From Eledone cirrhosa (Eukaryota), in NCBI GenBank assembly GCA_964016885.1, contig OZ024740.1:32922001-32986000 (forward strand): a stretch of 64,000 bases of DNA, read 5' to 3'. A program made the translations under genes and the position numbers. A model generated the notes under the pieces. It was given only the letters and a program-made list of their open reading frames with translations. It ran no database searches and was not told where the DNA came from. Positions 49,889 through 64,000 of this stretch are shown here, one piece after another. Each line of letters begins with the position of its first letter. The first letter of the stretch is position 1.

Positions 49889-52230
49889 ATGTATCTGTAC
49901 CTGTATAATAATCTTAACTGTTGTAATAACTTCTCTATAATAATCTTAACTCCTGCAATAACTTCTCTATAATAATCTTAACTGTTGTAATAGCTCCTCT
50001 ATAATAATCTTAAGTGCTGTAATAACTTCTCTATAATCTTAACTGCTGTAATAACTTCTCTATAATAATCTTAACTGCTTTAATAACTTCTCTATAATAA
50101 TCTTAACTGTTGTAATAATTTCTCTATAATCTTAACTGCTGTAATAACTTCTCTATAATAATCTTAACTGCTGTAATAACTTCTCTATAATAATCTTAAT
50201 TGCAGTAATAACTTCTCTATTATAATCTTAACTGTTGTAATAACTTCTCTATAATAATCTTAACTGTTGTAATAACTTCTCTATAATAATCTTAACTGTT
50301 GTAATAACTTCTCTATAATAATCTTAACTGCTGTAATAACTTCTCTATAATAATCTTAATTGCTGTAATAACTTCTCTATTATAATCTTAACTGTTGTAA
50401 TAGCTCCTCTATAATAATCTTAACTGTTGTAATAACTCCTCTATAATGATCTTAACTGTTGTAATAACTCCTCTATAATAATCTTAACTGTTGTAATAAC
50501 TTCTCTATAATAATCTTAACTGTTGTAATAACTCCTCTATAATGATCTTAACTGTTGTAATAACTCCTCTATAATAATCTTAACTGTTGTAATAACTTCT
50601 CTATAATAATCTTAACTGTTGTAATAACTTCTCCATAATAATTTTAACTGTTGTAATAACTCCTCTATAATGATCTTAACTGTTGTAATAACTCCTCTAT
50701 AATAATCTTAACTGTTGTAATAACTTCTCTATAATAATCTTAACTGTTGTAATAACTTCTCTATAATAATCTTCACTGCTGTAATAACATATCTATAATA
50801 ATCTTAACTGCTGTAATAGCTTCTCTATAATAATCTTAACTGTTGTAATAACTCCTGTATAATAATCTTAACTACTGTAATAACTTCTCTATAATAATCA
50901 TAACTACTGTAATAACTTCTCTATAACAATCTTAACGGTTGTAATAACTTCTCTATAATAATCTTAACTGCTGTAATAACTTCTCTATAATAATCTTAAC
51001 TACTGTAATAACTTCTCTATAACAATCTTAACTGTTGTAATAACTTCTCTATAATAATCTTAACTGCTGTAATAACTTCTCTATAATCTTAACTGTTGTA
51101 ATAGCTTCTGTATAATAATCTTAGCTGTTGTAATAACTTCTGTATAATAATCTTAACTACTGTAATAACTTCTCTATAATAATCTTAACTGCTGCAATAA
51201 CTTCTCTATAATAATCTTAATTGTTGTAATAACTTCTGTATAATTATCTTAACTGTTGTAATAACTTCTCTATAATAATCTTAACTGCTGTAGTAACTTC
51301 TCTATAATAATCTTAACTACTGTAATAACTTCTCTATAACAATCTTAACTGTTGTAATAACTCCTCTATAATAATCTTAACTGCTGTAATAACTTCTGTA
51401 TAATAATCTTAACTCTTGTAATAACTTCAGCATAATAATCTTAACTGTTGTAATAACTTCTCTATAATAATCTTAACTCTTGTAATAACTCCTCTATAAT
51501 AATCTTAACTGCTGTAATAACTTCTCTATAATAATCTTAACTGCTGTAATAACTTCTCTATTATAATCTTAACTGCTGTAATAACTTCTCTATAATAATC
51601 TTAACTACTGTAATAACTTCTGTATAATAATCTTAACTTTTGTAATAACTCCTCTATAATAATCTTAACTGCTGTAATAACTTCTCTATTATAATCTTAA
51701 CTGCTGTAATAACTTCTCTATAATAATCTAAACTGTTGTAATAACTCCTCTATAATAATCTTAACTGCTGTAATAACTTCTCTATAATAATCTTAACTGC
51801 TGTAATAACTTCTGATTAATAATAACTGCTGTAATAACTTCTCTATAATCTTAACTGTTGTAATAACTTCTCTATAATAATCTTAACTGCTGTAATAACT
51901 TCTCTATAATAATCTTAACTACTGTAATAACTTCTCTATAATAATCTTAACTGTTGTAATAACTTCTCTATAATAATCTTAACTGTTGTAATAACTTCTC
52001 TATAATAATCTTAACTGTTGTAATAACTTCTGTATAATAATCTTAACTGTTGTAATAACTTCTGTATAATAATCTTAACTGTTGTAATAACTTCTCTATA
52101 ATAATCTTAACTGCTGTAATAACTTCTCTATAATAATCTTAACTGCTGTAATAACTCCTCTATAATAATTTTAACTGTTGTAATAACTTCTGTATAATAA
52201 TCTTAACTGTTGTAATAACTTTTCTATAAT

Positions 52231-52619
52231 ATGGAGGCACATGGCTTAGTGGTTAGAGCATTGGCCTTGCAATCGAAAGGTTGTAAGTTCAATTCTCAGA
52301 CCGGGTGATGTGCTATTTCCTTGATCAAGACACTATATTTCACATTGCTCCAGTTTACTCAGCTGTAAAAATGAGATGATAGGCCTGGGGTCCCTATCAT
52401 TCCACTGCAAAGTGGTCGTGGAGGTGCCATGGCAAAAAAGCACCCAGCCCACACTGTAAAGTCGACGTGTAGGTGCCACGGCAAAAAATCACCCAGCACT
52501 CACTGTAAATGAGGTTGGTGTTAGGAAGAGCATCCAGCTGTAGAAAGCCACCCAGAATCAGTTCCCGTCCCACCCTTGCAAGCAGGGAAAAGTGGACATA
52601 AAATGATGATGATGATGAT
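52231..52619 (+). mobile_element. CORE-like tRNA SINE in satellite, copy A (two internal ~50-bp units)
   Basis: A box TGGCTTAGTGG, B box GTTCAATTC, RTE-like 3' end, (ATG)5 tail. Confidence 0.93.
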
Positions 52620-54411
52620 AATAATCTTAAGTGCTGTAATAACTTCTCAATTATGATCTTAACTGCTGTAATAACTTCTGTAATAACTTCTCTATAATCT
52701 TAACTGCTGTAATAACTTCTCTATAATCTTAACTGTTGTAATAACTCCTGTATTATAATCTTAACTGTTGTAATAACTTCTGTATAATAATCTTAACTGT
52801 TGTAATAACTTCCTTATAATAATCTTAACCGCTGTAATAACTTCCTTATAATAATCTTAACTGTTGTAATAACTTCCTTATAATAATCTTAACTGCTGTA
52901 ATAACTTCTCTATAATAATCTTAACTGTTGTAATAACTTCTGTATAATAATCTTAACTGTTGTAATAACTCCTCTATAATAATCTTAACTGCTGTAATAA
53001 CTTCTGTATAATAATCTTAACTGTTGTAATAGCTCCACTATAATAATCTTAACTGTTGTCATACCTTCTGTATAATAATCTTAAATGTTGTAATAACTCC
53101 TCTATAATAATCTTAACTGCTGTAATAAATTCTGTATAATCTTAACTGTTGTAATAACTCCTCTATAATAATCTTAACTGTTGTAATAACTTCTCTATAA
53201 TAATCTTAACTGTTGTAATAACTTCTCTATAATAATCTTAACTGTTGTAATAACTTCTCTATAATAATCTTAACTGTTGTAATACCTTCTGTATAATAAT
53301 CTTAACTGTTGTAATAACTCCTCTATAATAATCTTAACTGCTGTAATAACTTCTGTATAATCTTAACTGTTGTAATAACTCCTCTATAATGATCTTAACT
53401 GTTGTAATAACTTCACTATAATAATCTTAACTGTTGTAATAACTTCCTTATAATAATCTTAACTGTTGTAATAACTTCTCTATAATAATCTTAACTGTTG
53501 TAATAACTTCCTTATAATAATCTTAACTGCTGTAATAACTTCTCTATAATAATCTTAACTGTTGTAATAACTTCTGTATAATAATCTTAACTGTTGTAAT
53601 AACTCCTCTATAATAATCTTAACTGTTGTAATAACTTCTCTATAATAATCTTAACTGTTGTAATAACTTCTGTATAATAATCTTAACTGTTGTAATAACT
53701 TCTCTATAATAATCTTAACTGTTGTAATACCTTCTGTATAATAATCTTAACTGTTGTAATAACTCCTCTATAATAATCTTAACTGCTGTAATAACTTCTG
53801 TATAATCTTAACTGTTGTAATAACTCCTCTATAATGATCTTAACTGTTGTAATAACTTCACTATAATAATCTTAACTGTTGTAATAACTTCCTTATAATA
53901 ATCTTAACTGTTGTAATAACTTCTCTATAATAATCTTAACTGTTGTAATAACTTCCTTATAATAATCTTAACTGCTGTAATAACTTCTCTATAATAATCT
54001 TAATTGCTGTAATAACTTGTCTATAATAATCTTAACTGTTGTAATAACTTCTCTATAATAATCTTAAATGTTGTAATAACTTCTCTATAATAATCTTAAC
54101 TGTTGTAATAACTTCTGTATAATAATCTTAACTGTTGTAATAACTTCTCTATAATAATCTTAACTGTCGTAATAACTTCTCTATAATAATCTTAACTGTT
54201 GTAATAACTTCTCTATAATAATCTTAACTGTTGTAATAACTTCTCTATAATAATCTTAACTGTTGTAATGACTTCTCTATAATAATCTTAACTGCTGTAA
54301 TAACTTCTCTATAATAATCTTAACTGCTGTAATAACTCCTCTATAATAATTTTAACTGTTGCAATAACTTCTGTATAATAATCTTAACTGTTGTAATAAC
54401 TTTTCTATAAT

Positions 54412-54750
54412 ATGGAGGCACATGGCTTAGTGGTTAGAGCATTGGCCTTGCAATCGAAAGGTTGTAAGTTCAATTCTCAGACCGGGTGATGTGCTATTTC
54501 CTTGATCAAGACACTATATTTCACATTGCTCCAGTTTACTCAGCTGTAAAAATGAGATGATAGGCCTGGGGACCCTATCATTCCACTGCAAAGTTGTCGT
54601 GGAGGTGCCATGGCAAAAAGCACCCAGCCCACACTGTAAATGAGGTTGGTGTTAGCAAGAGCATCCAGCTGTAGAAAGCCACCCAGAATCAGTTCCCGTC
54701 CCACCCTTGCAAGCAGGGAAAAGCGGACATAAAATGATGATGATGATGAT
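54412..54750 (+). mobile_element. SINE copy B (one internal unit)
   Basis: Same junctions and tail as copy A; ~50 bp shorter. Confidence 0.93.
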
Positions 54751-54951
54751 AATAATCTTAACAGCTGTAATAACTTCTCAATTATGATCTTAACTGCTGT
54801 AATAACTTCTGTAATAACTTCTCTATAATCTTAACTGCTGTAATAACTTCTCTATAATCTTAACTGTTGTAATAACTCCTGTATTATAATCTTAACTGTT
54901 GTAATAACTTCTGTATAATCATCTTAACTGTTGTAATAACTTTTCTATAAT

Positions 54952-55291
54952 ATGGAGGCACATGGCTTAGTGGTTAGAGCATTGGCCTTGCAATCGAAAG
55001 GTTGTAAGTTCAATTCTCAGACCGGGTGATGTGCTATTTCCTTGATCAAGACACTATATTTCACATTGCTCCAGTTTACTCAGCTGTAAAAATGAGATGA
55101 TAGGCCTGGGGACCCTATCATTCCACTGCAAAGTGGTCGTGTAGGTGCTACGGCAAAAAATCACCCAGCACTCACTGTAAATGAGGTTGGTGTTAGGAAG
55201 AGCATCCAGCTGTAGAAAGCCACCCAGAATCAGTTCCCGTCCCACCCTTGGAAGCAGGGAAAAGCGGACATAAAATGATGATGATGATGAT
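54952..55291 (+). mobile_element. SINE copy C (one internal unit)
   Basis: Same junctions and tail as copy A; ~50 bp shorter. Confidence 0.93.
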
Positions 55292-58200
55292 AATAATCTT
55301 AACTGCTGTAATAACTTCTCAATTATGATCTTAACTGCTGTAATAACTTCTGTAATAACTTCTCTATAATCTTAACTGCTGTAATAACTTCTCTATAATC
55401 TTAACTGTTGTAATAACTCCTGTATTATAATCTTAACTGTTGTAATAACTTCTGTATAATAATCTTAACTGTTGTAATAACTTCCTTATAATAATCTTAA
55501 CCGCTGTAATAACTTCCTTATAATAATCTTAACTGTTGTAATAACTTCCTTATAATAATCTTAACTGTTGTAATAACTTCTCTGTAATAATCTTAACTGT
55601 TGTAATAGCTCCTCTATAGTAATCTTAACTGTTGTAATACCTTCTGTATAATAATCTTAACTGTTGTAATAACTCCTCTATAATAATCTTAACTGCTGTA
55701 TTAACTTCTGTATAATAATCTTAACTGTTGTAATAGCTCCACTATAATAATCTTAACTGTTGTAATACCTTCTGTATAATAATCTTAACTGTTGTAATAA
55801 CTCCTCTATAATAATCTTAACTGCTGTAATAACTTCTGTATAATCTTAACTGTTGTAATAACTCCTCTATAATAATCTTAACTGTTGTAATAACTTCTGT
55901 ATAATAATCTTAACTGTTGTAATAACTTCTATATAATAATCTTAACTGTTGTAATAACTTCTCTATAATAATCTTAACTGTTGTAATACCTTCTGTATAA
56001 TAATCTTAACTGTTGTAATAACTCCTCTATAATAATCTTAACTGCTGTAATAACTTCTGTATAATCTTAACTGTTGTAATAACTCCTCTATAATGATCTT
56101 AACTGTTGTAATAACTTCTCTATAATAATCTTAACTGTTGTAATAACTTCTCTATAATAATCTTAACTGTCGTAATAACTTCCTTATAATAATCTTAACT
56201 GCTGTAATAACTTCTCTATAATAATCTTAACTGTTGTAATAACTTCTGTATAATAATCTTAACTGTTGTAATAACTCCTCTATAATAATCTTAACTGTTG
56301 TAATAACTTCTCTATAATAATCTTAACTGCTGTAATAACTTCTCTATAATAATCTTAATTGCTGTAATAACTTCTCTATAATAATCTTAACTGTTGTAAT
56401 AACTTCAATATAATAATCTTAACTGTTGTAATAACTTCTCTATAATAATCTTAACTGCTGTAATAACTTCTCTATAACAATCTTAACTGCTGTAATAACT
56501 TCTCTATAATAATCTTAACTGTTGTAATAACTTCTCTATAATAATCTTAACTGTTGTAATAACTTCTCTATAATAATCTTAACTGTTGTAATAACTTCCT
56601 TATAATAATCTTAACTGCTGTAATAACTTCTCTATAATAATCTTAACTGCTGTAATAACTTCTCTATAATAATCTTAATTGCTGTAATAACTTCTCTATT
56701 ATAATCTTAAGTGTTGTAATAACTTCTCTATAATAATCTTAACTGTTGAAATAGCTCCACTATAATAATCTTAACTGTTGTAATACCTTCTGTATAATAA
56801 TCTTAACTGTTGTAATAACTCCTCTATAATAATCTTAACTGCTGTAATAACTTCTTTATGATCTTAACTGTTGTAATAACTTCTCTATAATAATCTTAAC
56901 TGTTGTAATAACTTCTCTATAATATTCTTAACTGCTGTAATAACTTCTCTATAACAATCTTAACTGTTGTAATAACTTCTCTATAATAATCTTAACTGTT
57001 GTAATAACTTCTCTATAATAATCTTAACTGCTGTAATAACTTCTCTATAATCTTAACTGTTGTAATAACTTCCGTATAATAATCTTAGCTGTTGTAATAA
57101 CTCCTCTATAATAATCTTAACTGTTGTAATAACTTCTCTATAATAATCTTAACTGCTGTAATAACTTCTCTATACCAATCTTAACTGTTGTAATAACTTC
57201 TCTATAATAATCTTAACTGCTGTAATAACTTCTCTATAACAATCTTAACTGTTGTAATAACTTCTCTATAATAATCTTAACTGCTGTAATAACTTCTCTA
57301 TAATAATCTTAACTGTTGTAACAACTCCTCTATAATAATCTTAACTGCTGTAATAACTTCTGTATAATCTTAACTGTTGTAATAACTCCTCTATAATAAT
57401 CTTAACTGTTGTAATAACTTCTCTATAATCTTAACTGCTGTAATAACTTCTCTATAATAATCTTAACTGCTGTAATAACTTCTCTATAATAATCTTAATT
57501 GCTGTAATAACTTCTCTATTATAATCTTAACTGTTGTAATAACTTCTCTATTATAATCTTAACTGTTGTAATAACTTCTCTATAATAATCTTAACTGTTG
57601 TAATAACTTCTCTATAATAATCTTAACTACTGTAATAACTTCTCTATAATAATCTTAACTGCTGTAATAACTTCTGTATAATAATCTTAACTCTTGTAAT
57701 AACTTCCGTATAATAATCTTAACTGTTGTAATAACTTCTCTATAATAATCTTAACTGTTGTAATAACTTCTCTATAATAATCTTAACTGTTGTAATAACT
57801 TCTCTATAATCTTAACTGCTGTAATAACTTCTCTATAATAATCTTAAGTGCTGTAATAACTTCTCTATAATGATCTTAACTGTTGTAATAACTCCTCTAT
57901 AATAATCTTAACTGTTGTAATAACTTCTCTATAATAATCTTCACTGTTGTAATAACTCCTCTATAATGATCTTAACTGTTGTAATAACTCCTCTATAATA
58001 ATCTTAACTGTTGTAATAACTTCTCTATAATAATCTTAACTGTTGTAATAACTTCTCTATAATCTTAACTGTTGTAATAACTTCTCTATAATAATCTTAA
58101 CTGCTGTAATAACATATCTATAATAATCTTAACTGCTGTAATAGCTTCTCTATAATAATCTTAACTGTTGTAATAGCTCCTCTATAGTAATCTTAACTGT

Positions 58201-61200
58201 TGTAATACCTTCTGTAAAATAATCTTAACTGTTGTAATAACTCCTCTATAATAATCTTAACTGCTGTAATAACTTCTGTATAATAATCTTAACTGTTGTA
58301 ATAACTTCTGTATAATAATCTTAACTGTTGTAATAACTTCTCTATAATAATCTTAACTGTTGTAATAGCTCCACTATAATAATCTTAACTGTTGTAATAC
58401 CTTCTGTATAATAATTTTAACTGTTGTAATAACTCCTCTATAATAATCTTAACTGCTGTAATAACTTCTGTATAATCTTAACTGTTGTAATAACTCCTCT
58501 ATAATAATCTTAACTGTTGTAATAACTTCTCTATAATAATCTTAACTGTTGTAATAACTTCTGTATAATAATCTTAACTGTTGTAATAACTTCTCTATAA
58601 TAATCTTAACTGTTGTAATACCTTCTGTATAATAATCTTAACTGTTGTAATAACTCCTCTATAATGATCTTAACTGTTGTAATAACTTCTCTATAATAAT
58701 CTTAACTGTTGTAATAACTTCCATATAATAATCTTAACTGTTGTAATAACTTCCTTATAATAATCTTAACTGCTGTAATAACTTCTCTATAATAATCTTA
58801 ACTGTTGTAATAACTTCTGTATAATAATCTTAACTGTTGTAATAACTTCTCTATAATAATCTTAACTGTTGTAATAACTTCTCTATAATAATCTTAACTG
58901 CTGTAATAACTTCTCTATAATAATCTTAATTGCTGTAATAACTTCTGTATTATAATCTTAAGTGTTGTAATAACTCCTCTATAATAATCTTAACTGCTGT
59001 AATAACTTCTGTATAATCTTAACTGTTGTAATAACTTCTCTATAATAATCTTAACTGTTGTAATAACTTCTCTATAATAATCTTAACTGTTGTAATAACT
59101 CCTCTATAATAATCTTAACTGCTGTAATAACTTCTTTATAATCTTAACTGTTGTAATAACTTCTCTATAATAATCTTAACTGTTGTAATAACTTCTCTAT
59201 AATATTCTTAACTGCTGTAATAACTTCTCTATAACAATCTTAACTGTTGTAATAACTTCTCTATAATAATCTTAAATGTTGTAATAACTTCTCTATAATA
59301 ATCTTAACTGCTGTAATAACTTCTCTATAATCTTAACTGTTGTAATAACTTCCGTATAATAATCTTAACTGTTGTAATAACTCCTCTATAATAATCTTAA
59401 CTGTTGTAATAACTTCTCTATAATAATCTTAACTGCTGTAATAACTTCTCTATACCAATCTTAACTGTTGTAATAACTTCTCTGTAATAATTTTAACTGC
59501 TGTAATAACTTCTCTATAACAATCTTAACTGTTGTAATAACTTCTCTATAATAATCTTAACTGCTGTAATAACTTCTCTATAATAATCTTAACTGTTGTA
59601 ACAACTCCTCTATAATAATCTTAACTGTTGTAATAACTCCTCTATAATAATCTTAACTGCTGTAATAACTTCCGTATAATAATCTTAACTCTTGTAATAA
59701 CTTCCGTATAATAATCTTAACTGTTGTAATAACTTCTCTATAATAATCTTAACTGTTGTAATAACTTCTCTATAATAATCTTAACTGTTGTAATAACTTC
59801 TCTATAATCTTAACTGCTGTAATAACTTCTCTATAATAATCTTAACTGCTGTAATAACTTCTCTATAATAATCTTAATTGCTGTAATAACTTCTCTATTA
59901 TAATCTTAACTGTTGTAATAACTTCTCTATAATAATCTTAACTGTTGTAATAACTTCTCTATAATAATCTTAATTGCTGTAATAACTTCTCTATTATAAT
60001 CTTAACTGTTGTAATAGCTCCTCTATAATAATCTTAACTGTTGTAATAACTTCTCTGTAATAATCTTAACTGTTGTAATAACTCCTCTATAATAATCTTA
60101 ACTGTTGTAATAACTTCTCTATAATAATCTTCACTGTTGTAATAACTCCTCTATAATGATCTTAACTGCTGTAATAACTCCTCTATAATAATCTTAACTG
60201 TTGTAATAACTTCTCTATAATAATCTTAACTGTTGTAATAACTTCTCTATAATCTTAACTGTTGTAATAACTCCTCTATAATGATCTTAACTATTGTAAT
60301 AACTCCTCTATAATAATCTTAACTGTTGTAATAACTTCTCTATAATAATCTTAACTGTTGTAATAACTTCTCTATAATAATCTTAACTGCTGTAATAACA
60401 TATCCATAATAATCTTAACTGCTGTAATAGCTTCTCTATAATAATCTTAACTGTTGTAATAGCTCCTCTATAGTAATCTTAACTGTTGTAATACCTTCTG
60501 TATAATAATCTTAACTGTTGTAATAACACCTCTATAATAATCTTAACTGCTGTAATAACTTCTGTATAATAATCTTAACTGTTGTAATAGCTCCACTATA
60601 ATAATCTTAACTGTTGTAATACCTTCTGTATAATAATTTTAACTGTTGTAATAACTCCTCTATAATAATCTTAACTGCTGTAATAACTTCTGTATAATCT
60701 TAACTGCTGTAATAACTTCTGTATAATCTTCACTGTTGTAATAACTTCTCTATAATAATCTTAACTGTTGTAACAACTCCTCTATAATAATCTTAACTGC
60801 TGTAATAACTCCTCTATAATAATCTTAACTGTTGTAATAACTTCTGTATAATAATCTTAACTCTTGTAATAACTTCTCTATAATAATCTTAACTGCTGTA
60901 ATAACTTCTGTATAATAATCTTAACTGCTGTAATAACTTCTCTATAATAATCTTAACTGTTGTAATAACTTCTCTATAATAATCTTAACTGTTGTAATAA
61001 CTTCTCTATAATAATCTTAACTGTTGTAATAACTTCTCTATAATAATCTTAACTGCTGTAATAACTTCTCTATCATAATCTTAACTGTTGTAATAACTTC
61101 TCTATAATAATCTTAACTGCTGTAATAACTTCTGTATAATAATCTTAACTCTTGTAATAACTTCTCTATAATAATCTTAACTGTTGTAATAACTTCTCTA

Positions 61201-61268
61201 TAATAATTTTAACTGTTGTAATAACTTCTGTATAATAATCTTAACTGTTGTAATAACTTCTCTATAAT

Positions 61269-61658
61269 ATGGAGGCACATGGCTTAGTGGTTAGAGGATT
61301 GGTCTTGCAATCGAAAGGTTGTGCGTTCAATTCTCAGACCGGGTGATGTGCTGTTTCCTTGATCAAGACACTATATTTCACATTGCTCCAGTTTACTCAG
61401 CTGTAGAAATGAGATGATAGGGACTGGGGTCCCTATCATTCCACTGCAAAGTGGTCGTGGAGGTGCCACGGCACAATAGCACCCAGCCTACACTGGAAAG
61501 TGGACATGGAGGTGCCACGGCAAAAAAGCACCCAGCACTCACTGTAAATGAGGTTGGTGTTAGGAAGGGCATCCAGCTGTAGAAATCAAGCCAGAATCAG
61601 TTACCGTCACACCCTTGCAAGCAGGGAAAAGCTGACGTAAAATGATGATGATGATGAT
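61269..61658 (+). mobile_element. SINE copy D (two internal units)
   Basis: Same monomer register and (ATG)5 tail. Confidence 0.93.
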
Positions 61659-62618
61659 AATAATCTTAACTGCTGTAATAACTTCTCTATAATAATCTTA
61701 ACTGTTGTAATAACTTCTGTATAATAATCTTAACTGCTGTAATAACTTCTCTATAATCTTAACTGCTGTAATAACTTCTCTATAATAATCTTAGCTGCTG
61801 TAATAACTTCTCTATAATAATCTTAGCTGCTGTAATAACTTCTCTATAATAATCTTAGCTGCTGTAATAACTTCTCTATAATAATCTTAACTGTTGTAAC
61901 AACTCCTCTATAATAATCTTAACTGCTGTAATAACTCCTCTATAATAATCTTAACTGTTGTAATAACTTCTGTATAATAATCTTAACTCTTGTAATAACT
62001 TCTCTATAATAATCTTAACTGCTGTAATAACTTCTGTATAATAATCTTAACTGCTGTAATAACTTCTCTATAATAATCTTAACTGTTGTAATAACTTCTC
62101 TATAATAATCTTAACTGTTGTAATAACTTCTCTATAATAATCTTAACTGTTGTAATAACTTCTCTATAATAATCTTAACTGCTGTAATAACTTCTCTATA
62201 ATAATCTTAACTGTTGTAATAACTTCTCTATAATAATCTTAACTGCTGTAATAACTTCTGTATAATAATCTTAACTCTTGTAATAACTTCTCTATAATAA
62301 TCTTAACTGTTGTAATAACTTCTCTATAATAATTTTAACTGCTGTAATAACTTCTGTATAATAATCTTAACTGTTGTAATAACTTCCTTATAATAATCTT
62401 AACTGCTGTAATAACTTCTCTATAATAATCTTAACTGCTGTAATAACTTCTCTATAATAATCTTAACTGCTGTAATAACTTCTCTATTATAATCTTAACT
62501 GCTGTAAAAACTCCTCTCTAATAATCTTAACTGCTGTAATAACTCCTCTCTAATAATCTTAACTGCTGTAATAACTTCTGCATAATAATCTTAACTGTTG
62601 TAATAACTTCTCTATAAT

Positions 62619-63007
62619 ATGGAGGAACATGGCTTAGTGGTTAGAGCATTGGTCTTGCAATCGAAAGGTTGTGAGTTCAATTCTCAGACCGGGTGATGTG
62701 CTGTTTCCTTGATCAAGACACTATACTTCACATTGCTCCAGTTTACTCAGCTGTAGAAATGAGATGATAGGCCTGGGGACCCTATCATTCCACTGCAAAG
62801 TGGTCGTGGAGGTGCCACGGCAAAAAAGCACCCAGCCTACACTGTAAAGTGGACGTGGAGGTGCCACGGCAAAAAAGCACCCAGCACTCACTGTAAATAA
62901 AGTTGGTGTTAGGAAGGGCATCCAGCTGTAGAAATCAAGCCAGAATCAGTTCCCGTCACACCCTTGCAAGCAGGGAGAAGTGGACGTAAAATGATGATGA
63001 TGATGAT
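62619..63007 (+). mobile_element. SINE copy E (two internal units)
   Basis: Same monomer register and (ATG)5 tail. Confidence 0.93.
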
Positions 63008-64000
63008 AATAATCTTAACTGCTGTAATAACTTCTCAATTATGATCTTAACTGTTGTAATAACTATTATAATCTTAAGTGTTGTAATAACTCTATTAAAA
63101 TCTTAACTGTTGTAATAACTCCTCTATAATAACTTCTGTATAATAATCTTAACTCTTGTAATAACTCTATTAAAATCTTAACTCTTGTAATAACTCTATT
63201 AAAATCTTAACTCTTGTAATAACTCCTCTATAATAATCTTAACTGTTGTAATAACTTCTGTATAATAATCTTAACTCTTGTAATAACTTCCCTATAATAA
63301 TCTTAACTGCTGTAATAACTTCTGTATAATAATCTTAACTGCTGTAATAACTCCTCTATAATAATCTTAAATGCTGTAATAACTTCTCTATAATAATCTT
63401 AACTGCTGTAATAACTCCTCTATAATAATCTTAACTGCTGTAATAACTTCTCTATAATAATCTTAACTGCTGTAATAACTTCTCTATAATAATCTTAACT
63501 GCTGTAATAACTTCTCTATAATAATCTTAACTGCTGTAATAACTCCTCTATAATAATCTTAACTGTTGTAATAACTTCTCTATAATAATCTTAACTATTG
63601 TAATAACTCCTGTATAATAATCTTAACTGCTGTAATAACTTCTCTATAATAATCTTAACTGATGTAATAACTCCTCTATAATAATCTTAACTGCTGTAAT
63701 AACTCCTGTATAATAATCTTAACTGCTGTAATAACTCCTCTATAATAATCTTAACTGCTGTAATAACTCCTGTATAATAATCTTAACTGCTGTAATAACT
63801 CCTGTATAATAATCTTAACTGCTGTAATAACTTCTGTATAATAATCTTAACTGCTGTAATAACTCCTGTATAATAATCTTAACTGCTGTAATAACTTCTC
63901 TATAATAATCTTAACTGCTGTAATAACTCCTGTATAATAATCTTAACTGCTGTAATAACTCCTGTATAATAATCTTAACTGCTGTAATAACTCCTCTATA

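Larger units (their letters stand above)
49903..64000. repeat. 32-bp AT-rich satellite, consensus CTATAATAATCTTAACTGTTGTAATAACTTCT (29-bp variants lack one AAT), running off the right edge
   Basis: ATCTTAAC recurs at 49911, 49943 and onward; head-to-tail throughout, apart from five SINE copies. Confidence 0.99.

Noticed and set aside
38092-49972. Recurrent antisense or alternate-frame ORFs within the LINEs and their 3'UTRs (e.g. MKELVFCGH..., MPFLTPTTF...)
   Set aside because: They are shadows of the RT ORF or UTR and recur only because the element is repeated.
52233-52305. tRNA gene (A and B boxes present), here and in the other SINE heads
   Set aside because: The acceptor and anticodon stems do not pair properly, and the sequence continues into a SINE body with an (ATG)n tail.

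Overview
A eukaryotic, gene-poor, heterochromatin-like window. The SINE and LINE types suggest a mollusc, probably an octopod cephalopod (inference). Layout: (1) 1-30147, a 23-bp satellite with ~2-kb and ~8.3-kb higher-order structure; (2) 30.1-34.9 kb, AT-rich sequence with small TIR-bearing MITEs and SINE remnants; (3) a 200-N gap; (4) 35.1-49.9 kb, an island of (TA)n tracts holding five 5'-truncated RTE-clade LINEs, two tRNA-headed SINEs and three short non-coding cassettes; (5) 49.9-64 kb, a 32-bp satellite with five copies of what appears to be one SINE insertion. The two strongest signals: each of the three cassettes carries a different minimal type-I hammerhead-ribozyme-like fold with a palindromic helix III, and two of them lie in long inverted repeats, resembling Penelope-like/retrozyme termini; and the RTE protein has a C4HC3 PHD-type finger inside the reverse transcriptase domain. 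No host gene is convincingly supported. The long ORFs in the satellite and TA tracts are artefacts. All folds and comparisons were made by eye.
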